Assembly: GCA_951406725.2 (NCBI GenBank)
Contig: OX597824.1
Coordinates: forward strand, 97,464,001 to 97,528,000
Direction: 5' to 3'
Length of the DNA stretch: 64,000 bases
Origin: Octopus vulgaris
Lineage: Eukaryota
The position numbers and the translations under genes are program-made. Below the pieces are notes generated by a model. It was not told the origin of the DNA and ran no database searches. It saw only the letters and a list, made by a program, of their open reading frames with translations. Positions 37,765-51,626 of this stretch are shown in pieces (the stretch's first letter is position 1; the number at the start of each line of letters is the position of its first letter).

Positions 37765-38499
37765 TTTCGGGATAACTGGACGAATGAAATCTACTGTTGA
37801 CCTATGTTTCCTTAAAACGATGGAATAGGCCTGGTTGGAATGCCTTTGATCTTTCTTCAAGCTCCACCAGACAGGGGGGAGGTAAACGACAACAAAAACA
37901 GCAACAACGTCAATGACTGTATTGAAAGCTCTCTCGACTATTTTAATCTTAACAAACTGGTAATAATTCGCTAATGTGTTCACTGTTTCGTGAAGTATGA
38001 AATAACGGTTTAAATGAGAAAGAAAGAAAGGAGGGAAGGAAAGAAGGAAGGAAGGAAAGCAACAGAGAGGGAGAAGAGAAAGAGTAAGTGTGGGAGAGAA
38101 GAGAAGAGAGAGACTGTGTTTATCCACTGATTAGACTTGCTAGTGAAATGCAAGTTGTGAACTCTTCGTTCTGGTGACGTGCTTTTGTAGTTGCCGAGGA
38201 TATTGCTAATCCGACGGTGATGCGCTACGAATGATGTACAATATTTACGCTGTGCAAGGTGGTAAGAACATCTCAAGAGACACTGAATGGCTTCCACTTG
38301 GACGTCTGAAGTATATCAACAGAAATTTGGCCATTAATCAAACATATCTAGAACACCATACAAACACACACATATATAAATACATATATACATACATGCA
38401 CACATTCATATACACACACATATATGTACATATATACATACATGCACACATTCATATACACACAAATATATATATATATATACATACATTCATATACAC

Positions 38500-38534
<35 letters not shown>

Positions 38535-39304
38535 CATACAACAGACAGAAAGAGGTATACTCACACAAAGAAAGAAAGAAAAAGAGGAGCGAGAATTTTA
38601 CAGCTCCAGAGGGTGTTCGTAATTGGCAGATAGTAATATAGCTTCTATATAGATATGGAAGTTAGCTGCAAATAAACCAGCGGGATAGCAGTGAACTTAA
38701 CAACAAAAACATTCGCCATTGTTCAACGATAAACGTATATCACCGAGGAATCTATAAATACTGAAGGCTAAAATAGATGAGCCCACCGCCCTTTACTGAC
38801 GCACTTTTAATATTTCGTTGAACTTTTAATGTTCCGAGAGTCGAGAGAATGTCTGTAGAAAAGGTGGGATATGTGGGAATAGAGAAGGAAAGAACTGAGA
38901 GAAAACAACTGACATGAGGAAGGAGTAGGGTCTCTGTAAAATTCATGTACAGGGAAGGAAATGATAAGAATTTTGAAAAGGTAGCTGATTAGTATTATGG
39001 TTGAGTGAGGTATGTAGTTGGCCGAAGCGTTGAAGAATGAAAACGAAAACCAGGTGATGAGAAAATTTTCGAAGAAAGTGTGCTAATAATGTGAGATTTA
39101 TTGGAAAATCTAAATACAAATCAATGTATCAAATAATTAAAATTAGCTGATTAAACTGACTTTTCGTTCCGTTTCAATGTGCTTGGGAAATATTTGAGCA
39201 GCAAAAATGCCCTTTTCACTGCGGTTTGCCACGGTGAAAAACTTTCTCACTTTAAGCAAACGTGTAAAACACCAAAGCTATTCTGGAGCACCACCAATGC
39301 ACAA

Positions 39305-39342
39305 TATATACATTTCGAGCTCTTTATGCTCTCATCAGAACC
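39305..39342 (-). ncRNA. Hammerhead core without a recognisable helix I
   Basis: Minus strand: CUGAUGA-GAGC(AUAAAGA)GCUC-GAAA-UG-UA. The flanks do not pair. Confidence 0.3.
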
Positions 39343-39878
39343 AGATGCCAAACGGAAAACTACGAAATGACTAACAGTTTTCGGTTTCTTATTAGAAATT
39401 TTTAGGAATTACTCACGGACGACGTGCTCTAGTTGCCAGACCAGAACTAACTATATGCTACGCACGCGAAGCAATCTTGTAAAATAAAAATGCTTTCGAT
39501 AAGCTTAAATAAGTTTAGGACATATTTGACCACTTAAAAGTTCATTTTGATTGCGGTTTGCCATTCCTTAAAATTCTCTCTAAGTGGTTGAAAACGTTTG
39601 TTTTTCCACATCACCCTCTCTCGCGTGCAAACCATGTACTTAGTTAAGTAAATATTAAGCAAATAACATTTCAGATGAAACTCTTATTTTCAGAGAAGTG
39701 GTGTTCAGTGTTGGAAATGTGACATTGCGAAGGTCGTTTTATACACGCACGTATTCAATATTCTTTTCATTTTTATATGTATGTGTGTATACATATATAC
39801 ATGTATACATATATACATGTATACACACACACACACACATATATATATATATCTATATGTGTGTATACATATATACAT

Positions 39879-39944
<66 letters not shown>

Positions 39945-40409
39945 TGTATATTATCATTATTATTATATTTACTGTTAATCTGCATATTTGTTAAAATCAC
40001 TTGCTGAGACACACCCAGCGTCCTAAGGCGAGTGAAGGATAAAAGATGTTACAGTATGACTGAAAGATTGAGGAGGGGAAGTGGCAGGGACAGTAGCGAA
40101 ATATCTTCACGTAATACAACACGGGCGTTTAAAGTGACGGGAAAAGGACACATTAGATAATGTAATTGTAAAAAACATAACGTGATTGACGGAAGTATCT
40201 GTAATGATATTGGCTCCGGATCTTATGGAGACAATCACCATTTCAACGTATTCATGAGATTGTACAGGGAGAGTCTGCAACCAGGTGCAGAACTAATACG
40301 GCACAGTACTTCGTTCAAAGGTGATTTTTTTTTTGTTTTTGGTGGGTGGGGGCTCTCGCTGATGTTTAGATCTTTAACTGATCTACATCGGTCACAAACA
40401 TACACACAC

Positions 40410-40459
<50 letters not shown>

Positions 40460-41442
40460 AACTAACACACACACATAGGGTTTTGCATTTCTGTAGACAA
40501 GTAAAAGTAACAGAACAAAGCTTTTGTATGACTAGAAAGCGATAAGACTTTGGGAGCTTCACAAGACTGATTGTGATCTATTTGAAAACTTCGCCATTCA
40601 TTTTATTAGTTAAGATTTCAAAGAGAGAAAAATAGTCAAAGAATTTCAAACATGTGAGATTTTCTTTACAGTAGATTCAAACTGCAGGAAAACTAATTTT
40701 TGTTTTGAGAAAATGGAGATTTTAAAACTTAACATCTTTTGTAGTATGCCCTATTAAATTTATAGCCATGTAAAAATGTGAAATTTAGTTGAGAAGGACA
40801 CCTAATGGCAATTGGAGAATACGATGGTAACTGTTTTCAGAAATAAGAGAAAAAAGTTGAAATCGATGTTTACAGCTAATAGTTTCTTAAAAACTTAGAT
40901 CCAACTTAAGTTTGAACCTGTTCCCATAGAAAATACTAGCCATTTCTAATCGTTTTTCTGGTGTGTTTTTTTTTCTTTCAATGTAATGTTGTGATCACTT
41001 CATATTTCAGAGAATATATAATCATATTTCTGCTACATTATTTCAGCCAAAATATCCATAAAGATGTCAATTTAGCTATGAATTATTACTTAGTATGACC
41101 TTCCATTTTAAACGTCCCTCTCCGCTATACTCAAATCACAATGGTTTTGGCAACAGGTTTTATCTAAAAGCTTTTGCCAAAAGATTTCATGTACAAAATT
41201 TAAATCTTGCGATTTGATTTACATCTGCAATATTTTACAAATCCAATTTTATTGAAAAATTGGCAAAATATTTTTATAGAGAATATGGTCTTTGTTAACA
41301 TACACTTGTTTAGAGACTCATGAATATCAAAACATCTTCTTCACATGATAATATAGATATATATATATTCTTATATAGGATTTTGATTATTCAGTTTATG
41401 TCGGATATAATACGTACACACACAAATATATATATATATATA

Positions 41443-41758
41443 TTTTAAGAGGTCATGGGCCAACAGGTTTTGGGGATCCGACCACACGCTATAAAGCTAA
41501 ACCCTTTATGGATGAGAAACGTAAGGTAATACCATAAACTGGCCTTTATTTAAATTATTTTAATAATTTTTTAATTTTTAACTTTTATATTTTTAAATTA
41601 ATTTTATGTATTGGCTTATGTTTTTCACTGTTTGATTTTATCTCTAATTTTATCTCTAATTTAATATAATATAATATAATATATTTATACTATAAAATTG
41701 GATTTAATCCTAAATCTAATTTTTCCCTGTAAGTTTGGATTTATTCCCTAATATTATC

Positions 41759-41815
<57 letters not shown>

Positions 41816-41972
41816 TATATAAAGTATAGGAAAGAATGGAGCTGAACGAAGATTTAACAAAATTCCTTTCTTTTATTTTCGACATATGTTTCGAAGTCTG
41901 CAAAGTCCCTAATTGTTACCCAGGTATCGGTTATCTTTCGAATTATCCGTAATAAGATAATTCATTTGTCTA
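41443..41972. mobile_element. Two adjacent (TA)n-embedded elements with hammerhead 3' half-motifs
   Basis: 41443-41760 has GAAAC-GUA-AGGU at 41516-41527. 41822-41972 has minus-strand GAAAC(AUAU)GUC at 41881-41892. Both lie between (TA)n runs; the 5' cores are not recognisable. Confidence 0.4.
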
Positions 41973-42019
<47 letters not shown>

Positions 42020-42022
<3 letters not shown>

Positions 42023-42440
42023 CACACATCATACAATATTGTGGTACAGTTTTTCTTTTTAGCTGAACTGTTTTACAGGTTGTGCGTTCGTAAAAATTAA
42101 TTATTCTGAGAGAAACCAAAAATGAAAATGGCCCCAAAACATTCAAATGGTGCCTAGGACAAATTCCTTCCCAAAATACCAGACAGACCAACGATAAATA
42201 GATACACCTCGGTCAAGAAAAAACTCCTTAATACAGTTAGACATGTCCAGGACCAATAACACCGGAAACCTATCGATATTCTTTAAGCTATAATACGTAA
42301 TACATACATTTTCTCTGCAACATAAAGCAAGGTACGGATTAACGTTCTCTGCAAATTGAACCTCTCCCGACGAATTGAGAAACAAGCTGAGTTTCATAAA
42401 ACAATATTCATTAGGATACGAAACACTTTTTTTTTACTTT
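42020..42440 (-). pseudogene. Possible Tc1/mariner transposase remnant
   Basis: SSGEVQF..NVN.....CRENV.....LKN....VLL.L....IKEFF loosely follows the FSDEAHF..G.VN...W..ENP...L....VW.....I.GPFF spacing. Weak match. Confidence 0.3.
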
Positions 42441-42529
42441 TCTATCGTGCGCTCTTCAACAGAAAGAAATAAAATGAAATAAACAGAGAGAATGAAAAAA
42501 AAATAGAATTCAGCCGTCCAGTATATGTA

Positions 42530-42536
42530 TATATCG

Positions 42537-42577
<41 letters not shown>

Positions 42578-42735
42578 GAGAGAGAGAGAGAGAGAGAGGT
42601 GTATTTATGTATGTATGTAGTCATGTGCGTATTCATGTATGCATGTATGTATGCATGCTTGTATATATATATATATGCATGTATATATATATATGCATGT
42701 ATATATATATATATATGCATGTATATATATATATG

Positions 42736-42767
<32 letters not shown>

Positions 42768-42965
42768 CATGTATATATATATATATGTGCATGTATATAT
42801 ATATATGTGCATGTATATATATATATATATGCACGTGTATATATATATATATGCACGTATATATATATATATGCACGTATATATATATATGCACATATAT
42901 ATACATGCACATATATATACATGCACATATATATATGCATATATATATGTATGTATGTATGTATA
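42530..42965. repeat. (TA)n-derived minisatellite with TGCATG/TGCACG interruptions
   Basis: More than 12 units of ATATATGCATGT-like sequence. Confidence 0.9.
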
Positions 42966-42967
42966 TC

Positions 42968-43144
42968 CAATGAGGAGGCATCTACGCGGTCTCTTGATGT
43001 ACTTAGATTAGCGAAGAACACATTAAACAAATGTCGTGCATATGCTCTTAGAAAACTGGTTATAAACGGTTGGAACTTCTTTGATCTAAGGTCTGGATAA
43101 TCAAGACTAACCTGGAGCTAAACAACAATAACAATAACAATAAC

Positions 43145-43181
<37 letters not shown>
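42968..43181 (+). mobile_element. Unclassified retroposon 3' end with a (CAA)/(TAA)n tail
   Basis: TTTGATC...CTAACCTGGAGCTAAACAACAA. Related ends at 62750-62847 (+) and at 16395, 43935 and 11040 (-). Confidence 0.45.
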
Positions 43182-44234
43182 TAGAAATCGTAATAAATTT
43201 AAAATAGGCAATAAATTTAAGAAAGGGTATTGAGTCTATGAAAAAAAAACTGATTATGACTCGCTTTCGGATAAATATTTCCTTTTAAGTGCTGAACAAT
43301 GCTTTCAGCTTTGATCTAGAGGACTGGAATTGGTAAAACAGCCAAACTTCACATATTTTAATGACATCTGTAGTAGTTTTTTTATATTTTTTACTTTATT
43401 CTATTTTGTTTTCTAGTTCCATCGTCGTAATCTTGCCATACCACAAACATAGCATCGTTGAACGTTGACAGAATTGAGTAGCAACGCTTGGAATGTTGCC
43501 ATTTTCGACAGTAGTACAATAGTGGAAGAGAAAGGTTTCGTTTGGAACAAAATGGGACTTGGGAAAATAAAAAGAATGAAACAAATAAAAACAACTTTAT
43601 TTATGATTTCCTATTGAAATGGTTATTTTGGTGAGTACCGTATTAAAATCCAGGGCATGAAGCCATAATTGCACACTTCTTAGTGCCAAGCCGATCTACC
43701 ATCAGAAAATTCTCGCCGTTATTGGATAGAAAATTCAGTGAATTGAATTTAATCAAAGGAGAGATCTTGCTCCTTTCGTTGGCAGGGATCTGATGATTCC
43801 TAGTTTAAATGTGGACAGAAACGAATATAAACTGCTATATAAAACCCTACTATATCCAGAGGCGATTACCCGGGAAATAAATACCTATCGGAGCTGGAAG
43901 TGTATATCCTGTTTAATTCTAGTTAAGTTTTGGGTTATTATTTAGCCCCGAGTCAGCACTGAACCAGCTTAACTTTGATCAAACAGATTTTAATCATAAC
44001 AAAACCGATTTATATTCTGGCACTGTTTATCTGAAACTTCGGTAGCCAATACAGTGACCTGTTTGAAATACCAGCCTAATCTCTTTCGAACTTTACCATA
44101 ACGTCTTAAGTAAACAGGAATAACGTTAGACAAAGAATTTTTTAATACACAGAACGACCAAATGGTCATGTCTGGAGCACCTGCGTCAAAATTCTATGCA
44201 ACTTGTGCTGGCCTGTGGTTAAACACCAAGATCA

Positions 44235-44405
44235 AAACTAAATCCTTTCTATTGTAGGTACAAGACCTGAAATTTTCCGTGGGTGGGGATGGTTAGAAAT
44301 TGCTCAAAAGGCAAAGTCGGCCACGGCGGAATTTGAACTAAGAACATAAAACCAGGAGGAATACCCGTGAACATTTTGTCCGGCGTGCTAACAACTCTGC
44401 CGCCA
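44235..44405 (-). mobile_element. SINE family B, internally deleted
   Basis: AAAGGCAAAGTCGGCCACGGCGGAATTTGAACT...TTTGTCCGGCGTGCTAACAACTCTGC. Confidence 0.7.
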
Positions 44406-44555
44406 GGAGGCCACCTTATGATCAACAACTATAAAGACAGCAACGACGTTAACAACAATGAATGGAACAACCACAAGGAGAGCAACATATATTGGTACAA
44501 CAAACTAACGATATATTTATGTTTAATATATCCTCGATGGTTGTATAAACTCTAT

Positions 44556-44968
44556 CTTTACTCTTTTACTCTTTTACTTGTTTCAGGCATTTGACTGCGG
44601 TCATGCTGGAGCACCGCCTTTAGTCGAGCAAATCGACCCCGGGACTTATTTTTTTGTAAGCCTAGTACTTATTCTATCGGTCTCTTTTGCCGAACCGCTA
44701 AGTGACGGGGACGTAAACACACCAGCATCGGTTGTCAAGCAATGCTAGGGGAACAAACACAGACACACAAACACACACATACATATATATACATATACAT
44801 ATATACGACAGGCTTCTTTCAGTTTCCGTCTACCAAATCCACTCACGAGGCATTGGTCGGCCCGGAACTATAGCAGAAGACACTTGCCCAAGATGCCACG
44901 CAGTGGGACTGAACCCGGAACCATGTGGTTGGTTAGCAAGCTACTTACCACACAGCCACTCCTGCGCC
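44556..44968 (-). mobile_element. SINE family A, full length, with an (AAAAGAGT)n tail
   Basis: Best-preserved copy: the complete reverse complement of 7205-7584 plus a tandem CTCTTTTA tail. Confidence 0.93.
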
Positions 44969-45404
44969 TATATACATTGCTTTCGATTTGAGCATAGATT
45001 GATGACTGTCGCCATAGCCATGCAGAGAGAGTCAGAACATATTTAAATACATACAACATTCCATTTCCTATTCATTGAAATTAATAAACCATATTTAACA
45101 AATTACTGTGTTGCTAATAGAAGCGTGGGTTTCGTAGGTCAGGAATTGATTAAACTTCGGACTGAAGACCAGAAAGTTATTCGCAAGATTTCTGAAGTTG
45201 CAGTGATTCCATTGTTTCTAATTTGTTAGTATTCTGGTTTCATAAATGATTTTAAATGAAACTGTTATATTCAAAGACGTGGCAATTAGTGCCTGAAATG
45301 TGAAATAGGGTGGGGTGGGGTGTATTTATGGATTTATCGCTTTAACACTACTTCTGAGCATGTGTGAGTGTGTATACATATATTCATACACCCACACAGT
45401 CATA

Positions 45405-45573
45405 TATTGTTATTGTTATTATTATTTTGGTTAGGCCCAGCTTCGGTCTTGTTCCTGGTATGGTTTATGTGGGTGGACGGTTACTAACTGTAATCTTAGG
45501 TATCCTCAAGTTTTCAGTAGTCTTTCAAGTGTTTAGAACACTTTTGATAATTCTTCTTCTTATTATTATTATT
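45405..45573 (-). mobile_element. Tiny 5'-truncated Dong-like 3' end inside (TAA)n
   Basis: Minus strand ATTATCAAAAGTGTTCTAAACACTTGAAAGACTACTGAAA...CCACCCACAT aligns with the ORF end and 3' UTR of 49440-50340. TAA repeats on both sides. Confidence 0.65.
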
Positions 45574-45575
45574 GA

Positions 45576-45965
45576 GGTGACAAGCTGGTAGAAACGCTAC
45601 CACGCCGGTCAAAGTAGCAGCATTTCGTCCGCCTTTACGTTCCGCGTTCAAATTCCACCGAGGTCAACTTCGCCTTTCATCCTTTCTGGGTCAATGAAAT
45701 AAGTACAAGTCGATGTAATCAACTTATTCCCTCCTTCTAAGTTTCTGGCCTTCTGCCAAAATTTAGAACCATTTCAGAATCGGTAGAACGCCGGACAATA
45801 TATTAATACTTAGTCTCATTTCGTCAGTCTTTACGCTCTGAATTCAAATTCCGCAGAGGCCAACTTTGCCTTTCATCCTTTTGGGGTCGATAAGATAAGT
45901 ACCAGTTGTGTACTGCGGTTGATCTAATCGACTTATACCTCTTCCAAACTTGCTGGCACTGTGAC
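45576..45965 (+). mobile_element. Two tandem SINE family B copies
   Basis: B-box TTCAAATTCC plus GCCTTTCATCCTTT occur twice (~45650-45690 and ~45845-45885). Confidence 0.8.
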
Positions 45966-46142
45966 TAGAAACACCTGTAAACTAATGAAGTTTATCACAC
46001 ACACACACAAATATATATATATACATATGTACATATATATATATGCATATGAGTATACATATGTACATATATATATATGCATATGCGTATACATATGTAC
46101 ACACACACACACATATATATATATATATGCATATGAGTATAC

Positions 46143-46189
<47 letters not shown>

Positions 46190-46423
46190 GAGAGAGAGAG
46201 AGAGAGAGAGATTTATGTGGGTAAACAAATAAAACTACCTGTGTTTGATAGCCTTAGGGCTGAAAAGTATAAAAGATTAAAAAATGTTTGCATGTAAATA
46301 GAGAAAAAACAAAGACTGAAATTTTTCAGGCGATGAAAATTCAAATATGAAAACTGATAGATATTTATATATTTAGAGAGCAAACTTACGCAAGAGTATA
46401 AACGATAAATTTAAAGGAGAGAA

Positions 46424-46784
46424 GGTATGGTGTTATAAGTCCGACAGCTTTCTCTGGGACTTCGAAAATCTGCTATAGTGTTTGGTAGATGTAGTTTACC
46501 AGAATATGCATCCAGTAATGGAAGCAAATACACATTAGATGAATCCAGCCTCCGTCTCTACGGTAGAAAGAATCTCAGACATTTTAGATCATGATGGGAA
46601 GAAGTTTTAAACTTCCCTCCATCTTGATCTGAAATGTCTTTGTCTACCCGAAGAAGAAGGTTGGATTCCTCCAGCATTTATTTGCTTCCATTACTGGTTG
46701 CATATTCCGGTGGATTACATCTGCGACCGTTATGAAGGATCTCCGAAGCCCCAGAAACAGCTGTTGGACTTGTAACACCATACC
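46424..46784. mobile_element. Fold-back element H2 (near-loopless palindrome) with a hammerhead-like GAAAC-AGCT-GTT
   Basis: GGTATGGTGTTATAAGTCCGACAGC / GCTGTTGGACTTGTAACACCATACC; CCAGTAATGGAAGCAAATA / TATTTGCTTCCATTACTGG; centre GAAGTTTTAAACTTC at ~46608. Confidence 0.85.
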
Positions 46785-47036
46785 CTATGTACTTGTACCC
46801 ATACCCTATGTACTTTGTATATCTAACCCAAGCAGTTTTATTTGGTTATTCTCGTAACTGTCTCCATATCTGCTCACCTAGGTCCTTCTTGTAGCCAGTC
46901 TCCACCCCGCGGACGTGGTATCTGGTGAAGACCTCGGAGTATAAGTTGAAATCATTTGAGCGCAAGAGAATTCTACAAAGAGAATCTCCGAATCTCATCT
47001 GTTGACTCTCTCACTCCCACCCCCTTCTGTGTGTGT

Positions 47037-47090
<54 letters not shown>

Positions 47091-47510
47091 CTTGCCTTGG
47101 ACCCTCAATTCTAGATGGTGTGGTAGGAGAACCATGGTAATATACAGAAAGCGTTGGCCCTTTGTAGGTTTTACAGGAACGATCCTTCGCTATGTCTGAA
47201 CACCGCCCAGTTCTTGTAGAAAAACAGATAAACCCACGGAAAAAGAAAGTGAAGACTCGACCAGAGTACAAGAGTCGTCTCCTACTCTATTCATTGTCCT
47301 TTGAAAAATGAAAAAGTGTATTTGGTCTCGGGTGGGTTTGAACTCACAATTCGGAAGGACACAGAGAGAGAAAAGAGATGAATAAATATATATAAATATT
47401 CACTGTTATATGCAGTTATATTTAAAACCGCCAAACAGATACACGCGCATGCGCACCAATGTACGCATGTGCAAATATATTATGTGTATGCGTACATATA
47501 TCTAATATAC

Positions 47511-47542
<32 letters not shown>

Positions 47543-47678
47543 ATATATATATACGTGTGTACGTATACATATTTATATGTATGAATATGTATATATATGT
47601 ATATGTGCATATGTATATATATATGGGTATGCATGTGTATTATATATACATACAAAGATTAAGCCTACGGTAGCATGA

Positions 47679-47714
<36 letters not shown>

Positions 47715-48210
47715 AAAGAGTTCGAGAGAAAGGGATATGGTGAGATGTTTGGAGTATGTGTACACAGGTTTACATATTTAAACAGTGCCATCTGATACGG
47801 CATTACTGTGTAGTTACACAGTCAGATCGGTAACTCTCTTTTTTTTTTCGCAAATTCCTCTTAATCACAAGAAATTCTTTAAATCAGATATTCCATGGTC
47901 GAAGCATAAGGTCATAGATTTCAACAAATGCTATATACACCAGCGCCGTTATATCCTACATACTCTCATGAAAAGTGATCGAGACCATTCAAAGATAATC
48001 ACATAAAAATATGAATACATACAATTATACATACATGCATATACATACACACGTACGTATACGCACATGTTTTGGTGAAGACCTGAATTCCTAAGTTCCT
48101 AATTTATACTGTATGTATATATTCTCGTCCGCATGGGACATACAACTAACACATATACGCACATTTTACTTGAAACTCTTGATTATATATATACATATAT
48201 ATAAATATAT

Positions 48211-48247
<37 letters not shown>

Positions 48248-49439
48248 CATATGCGTATAATATATATATACATATATATTATATAAATATATGTATATAT
48301 ATTACATGCATATGCATGTATATATAGATGTGTGTATATATATTTATGTATCTATTTATATTTATGTACGAGTGTGTAGGTGTTTGGATACATATATGTG
48401 TGTCTATGTGTGCAAGTACACGTATTTGTATGAGTAAAACTACAGTTTTTAATTTTAGATAAATACCAATACACATGGCTAAGCACACATAAAAGTATAC
48501 ACATTTGTGGAGGATGCATTAAAAATACGAAAATAAAAGGCTGTTACAATGTCTGGCCGATACATACCGAGATATTAAGTCTGAAGCGCTGATATATCAG
48601 AGTAGAGACCAAAAGTACATAGACATCAGTAAACAAGCGCAGCGACTGTGTCTACAAACCCACTGCAGTATTAGAAACGTTTCTTGCAGACACTTTACAT
48701 ACGTCCATTAATTTTCTTGTTCAATGGAATGACAACCAGCAAACGAGCTGGAAAATAGCCGCCTCTTTGCCGTCCACCGTTCCGTCGTCAGCTCTCCATT
48801 CCACCACCACCACCACCACCACCACTGCACATCGCCACCATTCGTCCACAAACTCTCCATCATTCCATGCCTACCGTCCAACAACACGTCACCCACAATT
48901 TCTTCCCCAGGCTTCCCGTCGTTCGCCATTCACTTTTTCGCCATTATCGATACAGTACGCCACGGAGAAGTAGTTACAGCATGCATGGACAGATGAGATA
49001 CGTTAAGTAAGGTTAGGTTAGATTAGTTATTAATGGTTGGAGCTTCTGCCGAAAATGGTGTGATGGTGGAATCGTTAGATCGCTGGACAAAATTCCTGCA
49101 GATATTTCTTCCAATTTATTACGTTTTGAGTTCAAATTCTGTCGAGGTTCAATTTGTATTTCAGCTCTTCGAGTTCAATATAATCCACTACGCTATTATC
49201 GATCAATTTTTTGATTATGGAGTCACAATGATAAAAAATTTCTCTCCATCCCCTATTTTTATAAATGTATATGTACAACTACGTTGTCCATAGTTCTTTT
49301 TTCCTTGTCATAGTGTGATTAGTAACAGATCTGACTGCTACTTGTAGCAGGTCGAATAAACAGGTTGAGACGAATTAGCAAACAATCTTGTCTTTCATTA
49401 ATCGGGGTCGATAATTAAAGCAATACACTTTTATTAAGG

Positions 49440-50340
49440 GTGACACAATGAGGTTTATTCTCATTCCTGCAAGAATTAATGTGGGTGGCGGGTTATTACG
49501 TGTAACCTATAGATGTCCACTGGCTTTCAATAATCTTTCAAGTGCTTAAAAACCTCCTGATAATCCTTCCTGTCTCGAAAAGACAAACTTTCTTCAGAAG
49601 CTCTACAGAACATTCTATTCCTGCCTCCTTCAATCATTTGTCCAAACCACTATTCACAGTCCCTAATGCACCTGTTATTACAAGACAACCTTTACCATTT
49701 TAATAATCCAAATTCTCGCTATTGCAAGTTTTAAAGGTTTGAGTTGTTTTTTTTCTTTTCTTCAACTTTCTTTAAAATCCTGGAATCAAACGGACATGGT
49801 GGATCGTTTAGTAAGCAACTCCACGTTTTCTTGCCTGTTATTGTTATGCCTGGTTTGTTTATTATTTTCTAGCTTCTTATCCGTTTGAATAGGGAAATCC
49901 CATAAAATCTTGCATTTCTTCGAATCAAAACGCTCTTTCGACCTGACGATCAAACCATTTGCTTTCAGCTTCAAATCCTCCATTCTGACAAAGCTTCCAG
50001 TGCAAACTTTTCACAACTTGGCCATGCCTCCATTTCCTATATCCTCCCTGAGCCAACTTGAGACATCCTGCAACGATATGTGCCATTGTTTCATCCTAAA
50101 TTTCACATACACTACATTTTGCTGACATCTCTCGATTCTCAGAAGTCGTTTGTTTTTAACGTTTGACCTTGAATCGCTATAATAAGGCTATTCGTTTGTT
50201 TCTTTTTTTTTAATTGCCTCATTTTCAACCAAACCCAGGGTTTTGTTACACACACATCCTCAGTGACTTTCAGAAAGTGATCAAGCAAAGATTCTCTTCA
50301 ATCTACTTGCTCTCTTTGAATTTCCTTCTTGTCTTTTCCC
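49440..50340 (-). mobile_element. Dong/R4-clade LINE 3' fragment
   Basis: Minus strand KCKILWDFPIQTDKKLENNK(PDI)...GRIIRRFLST* is the RLE domain and ORF end; heavily decayed. Confidence 0.75.
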
Positions 50341-50477
50341 CTATTCCATGATCACCTCTTTTTTATTCACTGCCTCTGTCATCGTCGCCATCATCATCAT
50401 CATCATCATCAATTTACACCCCTGCCCCGATATTGCTGGCCTTGTGCCAAAATTTGAAATCAGTATTTTAATTGATG

Positions 50478-50685
50478 CAGTGAGCTGGCAGAATAGTTGT
50501 GGCGCAGGACAAAATGGTTAATGTTATTTCTTTCTGCCTTCTGCTTTGAGTTCATATTCCTCCAGGAACAACTTTGTCTTTCATCCTTTTAGAGTCGATA
50601 AAATAAGTACCAGTCAGATACTGGGGGAAATGTAATCCACTCGCCCCCTCTCCCAAATATCCACTTCTCGTGCCTATAATAAAAA
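50478..50685 (+). mobile_element. SINE family B
   Basis: GAGCTGGCAGAAT...GAGTTCATATTCC...TTTCATCCTTTTAGAGTCGATAAAATAAGTACCAGT. Confidence 0.75.
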
Positions 50686-50699
50686 TGATTATTATAACT

Positions 50700-50911
50700 A
50701 ATTTCAAATTTTGGCACCAGGCCAGCAATTTAGAGGGAGAGAATAAGTCGATTACATCGACCCCAGTGCTCAGCTGGTATTTATTTTATCGACCTTGAAA
50801 GGATGAAAGGTAAAGTCAACCTCGGCGGAAATTGAACTCAGAACGTGAAGAGAGATGAAAATGCCGCCAAGCATTTTTTCCGGCCTGCAAACGATTCCGT
50901 TTGCTCGCTAC
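50700..50911 (-). mobile_element. SINE family B, tail-to-tail with the previous copy
   Basis: AAGTCGATTACATCGACCCCAGTG...AAAGGATGAAAGG...CTCGGCGGAAATTGAACTCAGAACG. Confidence 0.8.
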
Positions 50912-51544
50912 CTGAAGGAGTTTTATTATTGCTATTATTCGTGTAGTCATTGATGTCGTTCCCGTTGTCCGTGGTGGTGGACAACAATCGAATTCCATTG
51001 CCCTTCATAATTTCAAAGAGAAGGGAAATTGACCCCACCCAAATATCGGGTAAAAAACCTATTGATCCGATCATCCACACACCTTTCCAAAACTTAATCT
51101 AACCTCGAGTATATCTTTAAAAAAGATCAACATATTTCTTACCGCCATCATATTTACCGAATAGTCTAGAAATATTTCGTTTTGTGTTGCATTTTTTTTA
51201 AAGTTTTAACATTTCATTTCATATATCTCTTCTTCCATCTCCCTCTGTTTATCCTTCCATCTACTTCGTTGTAGTTCATGTTTTATTCCTTCTGTCAGCA
51301 TCTGTCTCTGTAATAAACACTAAACGATGAAACAACTGATATCTCACCGCCAGTTATGAGACATGACACTTACAGTTCAGTGCATCAGCGAACTGAATCG
51401 CAGAGTAAATACTGAACTGTTGTTTGCGTCAGAGAAACTAACTTCAAAATGAAGGTATTCGGTTTCCTACGGTGTGAGGGGGTTTGTAACACGACGTCGT
51501 TTTTGCTGAATTTTTTATTCAATGATTTAATGCACCAATATCAT

Positions 51545-51593
51545 CTCTCTCTCTCTCTATATATATATATATGTATCTATATATATATATCCC

Positions 51594-51626
<33 letters not shown>

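Noticed and set aside
49002-49030. GTTAG-like telomeric-looking repeats
   Set aside because: Very short and degenerate; not (TTAGGG)n.
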